Shown: positions 1-6,087 of the stretch, piece by piece
Numbering within the stretch: the stretch's first letter is position 1
Layout: every line of letters begins with the position of its first letter
DNA from: Candidatus Methanomethylophilaceae archaeon
Lineage (GTDB): Archaea; Thermoplasmatota; Thermoplasmata; Methanomassiliicoccales; Methanomethylophilaceae
DNA: 10,326 nt
Reading direction: 5' to 3'
NCBI GenBank assembly: GCA_050944155.1
Contig: JBMNQN010000019.1
Coordinates: forward strand, 1-10,326
Program-made: the position numbers and the translations under genes
The notes under the pieces: model-generated
Databases searched by the model: none
Seen by the model: the letters and a program-made list of their open reading frames with translations, nothing else
What the model was told of the DNA's origin: nothing

Positions 1-16
1 CCCGGCTTCCGCCGGG
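1..16 (-). terminator. GC-rich hairpin just downstream of the acyl-CoA synthetase stop codon
   Basis: cccggc-ttcc-gccggg is a perfect 6-bp stem, 8 nt beyond the TGA at 25-27. Any U-tract would lie outside the window. Confidence 0.5.
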
Positions 17-24
17 AAATGATT

Positions 25-2118
25 TCAGTACAGGGTGCAGAGAGCGTCGACAGCCCAGCAGCCTTTTCCCTTCTTTCCGACGATGACCGGGTTTATTTCC
101 AGTTCGCGGATTTCGGGATTCTCCAGGGATATCAGCGCGATTCTTCTGATGCAGTCTTTTATAGCGTCGATGTCCGAAGGCTCGGCGCCTCTCGCTCCCG
201 AAAGAAGCTTGAAGGCTTTCGTGGACTCGATCATTTTGTTCATCTGCTCTTCGGTCATGGTTGCGTGGGCCTGGGATATCTCTCCGAGTATCTCCACGAA
301 TATTCCTCCGAGACCGAAGGAGACCACGGGACCGAACTGGGGATCGCGGATCATGGAAAGGATGACTTCTTCTCCGGAAACCATCTGCTGTACGGATATG
401 CCGTCGATCCTGGCTTTCGGAACAGCCTTTTTGCAGCTTTCCATAATCTTATCGAAAGCGGCGCGGGCTTCTCCGTCGTTCTTTATTCCGACCAAGACTC
501 CGCCCACGTCGGTTTTGTGTGCGATGTCAGGGGACACGACTTTCATGACCACGGGATAACCCATTCCGGAAGACGCTTTGACCGCTTCGTCGGCGGATTT
601 TACGGTGGCTTCTCCGGGAGTGGGAACTCCGTACACTCTGAAGATTTCCTTTCCTTCTTCTTCGGTAAGAGCCTTTCTTCCCTCTTTTTCGGCTTTGTCG
701 AGAATCTTCTTCACGGCCTTTCTGCCTTCGGGAATCTTGGGCATTTTGAGAGGAGTCTTCTTCTCTTCGCTCTTCAGGGTGTATCCTCTGAGGGCGTCCA
801 GAGCGCGTACCGCGCGGTCGGGCGTGGGGAACGCGGGGATAAGTCCTTCCCTGAGAATGTTGGCGGCCTTTTCGCACTTGTATCCGCCCGCGAAACACAC
901 GGCGGTGGGCACGGGTATGTCGTCCCTCATTTCCACGAGCATTTCCGCAATCGCTTCCAGGTCGGCGAAGTCGAGAGGCGATCCGAGAATGACGAGACCG
1001 CCCACGCTCGGGTCTTTGACCACGATTTCGATTGCTTTCTTGAAGTATTCGGGTTTGGCGTCTCCCCTCACATCTATGGGGTTGGTCATACCCGCGATGG
1101 TGGGAACGTTTTCCAGAAGCAATCTGTTGGTTTCGTCGGAAAGTTTTGCGGCTTCCACGTATTTGGCGTCGTGGGCGGCGTCGGCGGACATTACGCCGAG
1201 ACCTCCCGCGTTGGTTATTATTGCAATGCCGTCTTTCCTCATGGGGCTGCATGTGCTGAAAACGCTGAGCGCGTCGAAGAAGTCGTCCGCGTCCCTGGCT
1301 CTGTACATGTTCAGCTTGTCGAACACAACGTCATAAACGGAGTCGGCTCCGGCGAGAGAACCCGTGTGCGAAGACGCTGCGGCGGAACCTGCGGCGGTTC
1401 TTCCGGATTTGAATACCACTATGGGCTTTTTGTTTTCGGAGTTCTCGACGGCTTCCAGAAACTCCTTTCCGTTGGATATTCCTTCGCAGTACATTCCTAT
1501 CGCTTTCGTTTTGGGATCTTCGAAAAACGCAGGAATCATGTCGGCTTCGCTTACGTCGCATTTGTTTCCGAAGGTGACGAATTTTGCAAGACCCAGCTTG
1601 TTGGCGTACGCCCAGTCGATGATCGAAGAACCGAAGGCTCCGGACTGGGAACTCATGGAGATGTTTCCCACCCTGGGAACCAGGTAGGCGAAAGTGGTGT
1701 TGACTTTGGCTTCGGGATTCATTATTCCGAAACTGTTGGGACCGAATATCCTTACGCCGTACTTCTTGGCGACGGCAACGATTTCGTTTTCCATGGCTTC
1801 GCCCCCGGGTCCGGTCTCTTTGAATCCGGCCGTGAGGATGCTCACGTACTTGGTTCCCAGTTTTCCCACCTTTTCGACTTCGTCTTTTACGAATTTCGCG
1901 GGAATGGCGATAACCGCCAAATCTACGGGCTTGCCTATTTCTTCGAAACTTTTGTAGGCTTTTATGCCCTGGATTTCTCCGCCTTTGGGATTCACGGGAT
2001 AAAGTTCGCCTTCGAACTTTGCCCCGAGCATGTTTTTCATGAGCATTCCGCCGAGTTTGTTCTCGTCGGCGGATGCACCGATTATGGCTACGGATTTAGG
2101 AGAAAGACCCTCAATCAT
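25..2118 (-). CDS. acdAB: Acetate/acyl-CoA ligase (ADP-forming), fused alpha and beta subunits
   Basis: N-terminal CoA-binding fold (PKSVAIIGAS, YPVNPK, GPNSFG), SQSGA, GNKCD, phospho-His motif ASSHTGSLAG, TNAGG and NPIDV. The C-terminal ATP-grasp has GYPVVMKVVSPDIAHKTDVGGV, DPQFGPVVSFGLGGIFVE and EINP. Start moved from 2142 to the ATG at 2118 because the domain begins there and a TATA-like box lies 32 nt upstream. Confidence 0.93.
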   Translation of the reverse strand: MIEGLSPKSVAIIGASADENKLGGMLMKNMLGAKFEGELYPVNPKGGEIQGIKAYKSFEEIGKPVDLAVIAIPAKFVKDEVEKVGKLGTKYVSILTAGFKETGPGGEAMENEIVAVAKKYGVRIFGPNSFGIMNPEAKVNTTFAYLVPRVGNISMSSQSGAFGSSIIDWAYANKLGLAKFVTFGNKCDVSEADMIPAFFEDPKTKAIGMYCEGISNGKEFLEAVENSENKKPIVVFKSGRTAAGSAAASSHTGSLAGADSVYDVVFDKLNMYRARDADDFFDALSVFSTCSPMRKDGIAIITNAGGLGVMSADAAHDAKYVEAAKLSDETNRLLLENVPTIAGMTNPIDVRGDAKPEYFKKAIEIVVKDPSVGGLVILGSPLDFADLEAIAEMLVEMRDDIPVPTAVCFAGGYKCEKAANILREGLIPAFPTPDRAVRALDALRGYTLKSEEKKTPLKMPKIPEGRKAVKKILDKAEKEGRKALTEEEGKEIFRVYGVPTPGEATVKSADEAVKASSGMGYPVVMKVVSPDIAHKTDVGGVLVGIKNDGEARAAFDKIMESCKKAVPKARIDGISVQQMVSGEEVILSMIRDPQFGPVVSFGLGGIFVEILGEISQAHATMTEEQMNKMIESTKAFKLLSGARGAEPSDIDAIKDCIRRIALISLENPEIRELEINPVIVGKKGKGCWAVDALCTLY

Positions 2119-2142
2119 GAGGCGGAAAGTATACTTTATCAT

Positions 2143-2150
2143 TCATAAAT
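2143..2150 (-). promoter_or_regulatory. Putative TATA box for acdAB
   Basis: atttatga on the minus strand begins 32 nt before the ATG at 2118, which fits a leaderless or short-leader archaeal transcript. Confidence 0.45.
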
Positions 2151-2269
2151 CTTATGGAATGTGCGGTAACGTTTTTCGAAATATCTTCAAAATACTACGA
2201 TATCCGCAGAAAAACCGATAAAAAACTGCTGAATTTGACAATATTTCGACAAAAGCAGTACGAAAATCG

Positions 2270-2304
2270 ATTAATACGTCATTGAACGCACCATTAATAC
2301 GTCA
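2270..2304. repeat. Perfect 12-bp direct repeat attaatacgtca, two copies, 23-bp period
   Basis: Copies at 2270-2281 and 2293-2304 in the AT-rich intergenic region. Confidence 0.8.
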
Positions 2305-2344
2305 AATGACTTATCGTATTTCCGGGACACACGACTCTTTACTT

Positions 2345-2367
2345 GTATGCATACGATACATTAAAGA
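2345..2367 (+). promoter_or_regulatory. Palindrome gtatgcatac followed by TATA-like attaaaga
   Basis: Perfect 10-bp palindrome at 2345-2354. The 8-mer attaaaga at 2360-2367 is identical to the one 31 nt upstream of the rpoL ATG (7844-7851). Confidence 0.4.
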
Positions 2368-2389
2368 GCATCCGTATGTCTTTATCGCT

Positions 2390-2541
2390 GCCGGACCGGC
2401 GGAAGGACGGGATCGATGAACGTCATGTGTACGGAACGGCGTACAATTACCCCCGGCGTGAGTCAGTGCTTCGAGGCCGGCGTCACCGCCGGACGATGAA
2501 AAGGCGTGTTAGCGCCCGGGGGAGACTCCCGGGCTTGTTTT
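2390..2541 (+). ncRNA. Candidate structured small RNA of unknown family (alternative: 27-aa small ORF at 2416-2499)
   Basis: GC-rich island with nested stems: 2396-2402/2486-2492, 2406-2409/2481-2484, 2428-2433/2440-2445 and 2453-2457/2476-2480. It has an upstream TATA-like box and a + oriented terminator. Confidence 0.45.
2514..2541 (+). terminator. Hairpin plus U-rich tail; may also serve the convergent metallopeptidase gene
   Basis: gcccggggg-aga-ctcccgggc forms 9 bp with one G-U pair that works only on the + strand, followed by ttgtttt. Confidence 0.7.
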
Positions 2542-2547
2542 ACGCGT

Positions 2548-3228
2548 TTAAAGATAAAGGCAGAGCCTCCTGAGCCAGTCTTCGGCTTCTTTCCGCCTGG
2601 GGAACCTGGCTTCCAGTTCCGCGAATCCTTTCTCGTGTTTCTCAGAACCCGGGTCGAATCCCAGCAGAATATGGCACAGTTCGTGGTAAAGAACGAAGTC
2701 GGCCACGAATTCCGGGATTTCCGGATTGTCCAGAACCGAAGATACGGCAATCACTTTCATGAGAACCGAACAGTACCCGACTTTTCTTACGTTGGGTTCT
2801 TTGGTCCACGACAGAAACAGTTCGGGGTCGTCTTCCGCAAGACCCATTTTCTTCAGCCTTTCGTAAGAATCTCTGAGGCTGCGGTGTTCGCCCTGAGGGG
2901 ATCTCGTAAGATTTCTGCTTCTGCGGATGTACACGGGCTGTTTGTACTTCACGAACTCCGGGGACGTGACCCATCTGCACAGTTCTTCCGAAAATTCTTC
3001 GTCCCCGTCGCAGGATATCTTTGCGAACAGCGTATCCGCCAATCCTTCGATGACTTCCGGCGGGGCGTCCGCGAGATAATCGGAAACTTTGAAATCCGCC
3101 CATCTGTAGGACCTCTGCCATCTGACTTTGAAGTCCTTGAACGCGGTGAATTCCGCATTCACTGTTTCGTATCCGTGTTTTTTTCCTGCTTTTCTGAACC
3201 TCTCCCGGAGGTCTCCTTCGTATTCCAT
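2548..3228 (-). CDS. SprT-like / YgjP (DUF45, M48-like) zinc metallopeptidase-family protein
   Basis: 226 aa with DFVLYHELCH (HExxH), a downstream H..F..L motif (KHEKGFAELE) and upstream GYCS...IAVSSVLD...PEFV. A ggagag SD-like sequence precedes the ATG. Confidence 0.8.
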   Translation of the reverse strand: MEYEGDLRERFRKAGKKHGYETVNAEFTAFKDFKVRWQRSYRWADFKVSDYLADAPPEVIEGLADTLFAKISCDGDEEFSEELCRWVTSPEFVKYKQPVYIRRSRNLTRSPQGEHRSLRDSYERLKKMGLAEDDPELFLSWTKEPNVRKVGYCSVLMKVIAVSSVLDNPEIPEFVADFVLYHELCHILLGFDPGSEKHEKGFAELEARFPRRKEAEDWLRRLCLYL

Positions 3229-3283
3229 TTGTTTTTCTCTCCCGACTCTCTCGGAGTCCGGAAAAAACAGGCTTCGGAAGGGG

Positions 3284-3291
3284 GATATAAG
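3284..3291. promoter_or_regulatory. TATA-like element (gatataag on +, cttatatc on -)
   Basis: Lies ~55 nt upstream of the metallopeptidase ATG on the minus strand. It could also fire on + at ~3311. Confidence 0.45.
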
Positions 3292-3405
3292 CCCGGAAGT
3301 ACAGTTAAGTGGGTAGAGGTTCCGCTCGGAAAAATGTACTTTGCGCCTAACTGTATGCCCCGGACCTCCGTACCCGTTTTTTTATAATGAGACGATTACA
3401 TGAAT

Positions 3406-3789
3406 ATGGAAGAAGATCCAAGACAGAGAGAAATCACCGAAAAAATCCTTGCCGCAATCAAAAAACAGTACGGAAGCATACCCCTGATAAACCAGGTGCT
3501 GTCCGAACGTCCGGACCTTTTCGTTCCGGTAGCCAACCTGGGAAGGTCCGCCCTGGAAGGCAGGGGAGAACTGGACAGAAAAACAAGGTTTCTGTGCTCC
3601 CTCTCGGCGGCTTCCGCCGAAGGCGCCGAATACTGCATCAAAGTTCAGGCCGAACATGCCATGCAGGCGGGAGCGACGAGAGGAGAAATTCTGGAAGCCA
3701 TGCTCATCGGTTCGTACATGGCGCTGACCAAATCCCAATCCTACGCTTTCAGGGAGTACGCGAAACTTTTCGATGTGAAAATTGAGTAA
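3406..3789 (+). CDS. Carboxymuconolactone decarboxylase / AhpD-like family protein
   Basis: GELDRKTRFLCSLSAASAEGAEYCIKVQAEHAMQAGATRGEILEAM matches the CMD core pattern (LD.KT..L...A...C...A...GAT..EI.EA). Start is 3406 or 3400; 3406 is preferred from its distance to ttttataa at 3380-3387. Confidence 0.85.
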   Translation: MEEDPRQREITEKILAAIKKQYGSIPLINQVLSERPDLFVPVANLGRSALEGRGELDRKTRFLCSLSAASAEGAEYCIKVQAEHAMQAGATRGEILEAMLIGSYMALTKSQSYAFREYAKLFDVKIE

Positions 3790-3812
3790 CAATCGTTAAG
3801 TACCCGATGACA

Positions 3813-3820
3813 GTTATATA
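3813..3820 (+). promoter_or_regulatory. Putative TATA box for the HesB-like gene
   Basis: gttatata begins 36 nt before the ATG at 3849; SD-like gaggt at 3836-3840. Confidence 0.55.
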
Positions 3821-3848
3821 CTATCACAAGAATCTGAGGTTGGTTAAC

Positions 3849-4172
3849 ATGGTAAAAATTACTCCCGAAGCAGAGAACTTCATAGTCGATCTCATGGAAA
3901 AGAACAACAAGACCGGGTACGGAATAAAGATCTACCTCACGGGGTACGCCTGTTCCGGACCTCAGTTCGGAATGTCTTTCCAGGAAAAAGAAGCCGAAGG
4001 CGACATCATCGACAACGTTGCCGAGAAATTCAAGATATTCTACGACGACGAGACCAAGGACACGCTCGACGACTGCATCATCGAGTTCATCGACGATCCG
4101 AACTTCGGAACCGGTCTCACCATCCGCAACCCCAACGCAAGCGGATGCGCGTCCTGCGGCGGCTGCCACTGA
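3849..4172 (+). CDS. HesB/IscA-like (A-type) Fe-S cluster carrier protein
   Basis: 107 aa: MVKITPEAE...GIKIYLTGYACSGPQFGM...IEF...GLTIRNPNA with a Cys-rich C-terminus GCASCGGCH. Start moved from 3807 to 3849. Confidence 0.88.
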   Translation: MVKITPEAENFIVDLMEKNNKTGYGIKIYLTGYACSGPQFGMSFQEKEAEGDIIDNVAEKFKIFYDDETKDTLDDCIIEFIDDPNFGTGLTIRNPNASGCASCGGCH

Positions 4173-4180
4173 ATTTCCCG

Positions 4181-4215
4181 GGGGGGATTTCCCCCTTTCA
4201 AACCCTTTCCCCACT
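4181..4215 (+). terminator. Putative terminator after the HesB-like gene
   Basis: G-run/C-run hairpin (ggggg-attt-ccccc) followed by pyrimidine/T-rich tracts. Confidence 0.5.
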
Positions 4216-4267
4216 TTCGGACACCCCCCTGTTATTCTTTTATTCTCCTCTTACAATGGGGTGGACG

Positions 4268-5821
4268 ATGAATTACGTCTCCCATCCAAGAATTCTTCCG
4301 GGAAAAATAGAGGACAGGGAGTATCAGAGGACCGTGGCCAAGGGGTGCCTGAAAAACAATACCCTGATTATTCTTCCCACGGGTCTGGGCAAAACCGTGG
4401 TTTCTCTTTTCGTTATCGCGGAGATTCTGGAAAAAGGAAAGAAAGTTCTCTTTCTCGCTCCCACCAAACCTTTGGCGGACCAGCACGGAAAGTTCCTTTC
4501 GGAGACTCTGAAAGACACTTCGGTGGGCGTGATGACGGGAGAGACAAAACCCGAAGTCCGCGCTTCGATGGTCGACGGATACGACGTAATAGTCGCAACC
4601 CCGCAGACGGTTGCGAACGATCTGGAAAACGGACGGTACGGTACCGGAAAATTCGGCCTCGTGATTTACGACGAAGCGCACAGAGGCACCGGAAACTACG
4701 CTTACGTCACCGTCGCCAAATACTGCGGAAAAGACATTCTTTCCATGGGAATGACCGCGTCTCCCGGCAGCGATATCGCCCGCATAGAAGAAGTATGCAG
4801 CAATCTGGCACTCCGCCGCATCGATATGAGGGACGAGGGAGATCCGGACGTTTCTCCCTTCGTTTTCGACACTTACGTAAAAAGAATCGAAGTCGGGATG
4901 CCCAAAGACCTTCGTGACATAATCGCTCTTCTGAGGAAAATGCTGGACCACTACATTACGGAACTTACGCATCTGGGTCTTTTCGATTCCCATTGGCCTC
5001 CGTCCACCAAACACCTTCTCGTCGTTGGAGAAACTCTTCAGAGAAGACTGGCTTCCGGCGAAAAAAGCGCCACGGTTTTCAGAGGTCTTACGGTTCAGGG
5101 AATCTGCATAAAACTTCTTCACGCGATAAGTCTGGCGGAGACCCAGGGAATGAGCGCTCTGAGAGCCTATCTTCTGAAACTTTCTTCCGAATCGAAAAAA
5201 GTGAAATCCAGCAAAGGAACCAAGGAACTCGCCGAACGGAAAGAGTTCGCCGAAGTCATGGAAATCACTATGAATTCGTCGGTGGAACATCCCAAAATAT
5301 CCAGAGTCATGAGCATAGCCAGCAGAATAATAAATTCGGGTTCCGGGTCCAAAGTGATAGTGTTCACCCAATACCGGGATACCTGCGACATGCTCGTGGA
5401 AAAGCTGTCCATAATACCCGGGGCAAGGGTGGGAAAACTCATCGGCCAGTCCAGGGGCGGACTGAAACAGAAGGAACAGATAGAAGTCCTGAAAGGTTTC
5501 CGGGACGGGACGTACAACATAGTTGTATCAACGTCCGTGGGAGAAGAGGGACTGGACGTGGCGAGCACCGACGCCGTAATATTCTACGAACCGGTGCCGT
5601 CGGAGATACGGACTATTCAGCGCAGGGGCCGTACAGGAAGGAAGAACGACGGGGAAGTTTACGTTCTGATCGCCAAAGGAACCATCGACGAAGTGTTCGA
5701 AAGATCCAGCCTGAAAAAGGAAAGTCTGATGCGTTCGAGACTGGAAAATCTCGGCAGAATCCTCGAGCAGAGGGAAAATTCCAAAGAAAGGGGACAGATG
5801 AAACTGGGAGATTTTCACTGA
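4268..5821 (+). CDS. hef: Hef/FANCM (Mph1, ERCC4-related) SF2 DEAH helicase, helicase-only form
   Basis: 517 aa: REYQ, LPTGLGKT, LAPTKPL, ATPQTVANDL, DEAHRGTGNYAY, MTASPG, HPK, IVFTQYRDT, STSVGEEGLD and YEPVPSEIRTIQRRGRTGR. C-terminal PIP-like QMKLGDF. Start set at ATG 4268 (MNYVSHP), 30 nt after ttttattc. Confidence 0.92.
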   Translation: MNYVSHPRILPGKIEDREYQRTVAKGCLKNNTLIILPTGLGKTVVSLFVIAEILEKGKKVLFLAPTKPLADQHGKFLSETLKDTSVGVMTGETKPEVRASMVDGYDVIVATPQTVANDLENGRYGTGKFGLVIYDEAHRGTGNYAYVTVAKYCGKDILSMGMTASPGSDIARIEEVCSNLALRRIDMRDEGDPDVSPFVFDTYVKRIEVGMPKDLRDIIALLRKMLDHYITELTHLGLFDSHWPPSTKHLLVVGETLQRRLASGEKSATVFRGLTVQGICIKLLHAISLAETQGMSALRAYLLKLSSESKKVKSSKGTKELAERKEFAEVMEITMNSSVEHPKISRVMSIASRIINSGSGSKVIVFTQYRDTCDMLVEKLSIIPGARVGKLIGQSRGGLKQKEQIEVLKGFRDGTYNIVVSTSVGEEGLDVASTDAVIFYEPVPSEIRTIQRRGRTGRKNDGEVYVLIAKGTIDEVFERSSLKKESLMRSRLENLGRILEQRENSKERGQMKLGDFH

Positions 5822-5826
5822 CGCTG

Positions 5827-5843
5827 TTTTTACCGCTTTTTTT
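5827..5843 (+). terminator. Oligo-T archaeal terminator after the helicase
   Basis: tttttaccgcttttttt immediately follows the TGA at 5819-5821. Confidence 0.5.
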
Positions 5844-5904
5844 CCCAAATATTAAGTTTTTATTCAGGATGTGTCCCATTCGAAAATATATCTTACTGGC
5901 ACAT

Positions 5905-6019
5905 TTTCCATTCAGTGTTTTTAGGGATTTCCATTCAGTGTTTTTAGGGATTTTCATTCAGTGTTTTTAGGGATTTCCATTCAGTGTTTTTACAGGTTTC
6001 CGTTCAGTGTTTTCAGAGC
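5905..6019. repeat. Tandem array of five 23-bp units, consensus tttccattcagtgtttttaggga
   Basis: Units start at 5905, 5928, 5951, 5974 and 5997. Units 1 and 2 are identical, unit 3 has one substitution, and units 4 and 5 diverge mainly at their 3' ends. There are no spacers. Confidence 0.95.
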
Positions 6020-6058
6020 CGAACACCGTACGGCGGACATCCTCCTGTCTCTAAAACG

Positions 6059-6066
6059 CTTAATAT
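6059..6066 (+). promoter_or_regulatory. Putative TATA box (with purine-rich BRE-like upstream bases) for DNA ligase
   Basis: aaaacg-cttaatat begins 29 nt before the ATG at 6088. Confidence 0.5.
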
Positions 6067-6087
6067 CTGCGCCGATATCTGCGGGAT

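Noticed and set aside
19-2148. 709-aa + strand ORF spanning the whole acdAB gene
   Set aside because: It is codon-aligned antisense to a well-conserved gene, has F/G/H/V-rich composition and no recognisable motifs. This is a shadow ORF from low use of TTA/CTA/TCA codons in acdAB.
2337-2366. Possible Xer dif site (imperfect inverted arms around gcatacg)
   Set aside because: The arms need a gap to align and lack the 11-6-11 layout with inner TAA/TTA typical of dif sites.
2380-2501. SAM-I riboswitch resemblance (tttatc...ggcggaaggac...cgatgaa...caatt...gatgaa)
   Set aside because: The J1/2 AGAG, the P3 GCAAC/GUGC ligand-binding core and a good P2b stem are missing, and no + strand gene lies downstream to regulate.
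2343-2573. 76-aa + strand ORF across the intergenic region
   Set aside because: TTG start, Arg-rich low-information sequence, runs through the terminator hairpin and overlaps the convergent gene.
3244-3258. gactc/gagtc hairpin in the metallopeptidase 5' leader
   Set aside because: Only a 5-bp stem, expected by chance at this GC content.
3311-3383. Y RNA or lysine riboswitch resemblance (ggtagagg start, bulged terminal stem, U tail)
   Set aside because: Too short for a lysine riboswitch. It lacks the exact GGUCCGA bulged-C Ro-binding helix and no Ro60 gene is in the window. It is kept only as an unassigned element.
4145-4267. N-terminal extensions given by the ORF track (hef from 4145; likewise HesB from 3807, rpoL from 7620, acdAB from 2142)
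   Set aside because: The extensions cross terminators, promoters or neighbouring genes and precede the conserved domain starts.
5905-6019. CRISPR array
   Set aside because: Units are head-to-tail with no unique spacers and no cas genes are nearby.
5905-6019. Canonical ORB-containing oriC
   Set aside because: Only a 6-bp partial match to the ORB core, no G-string, no inverted ORB pair around the AT-rich tract and no adjacent cdc6/orc1.
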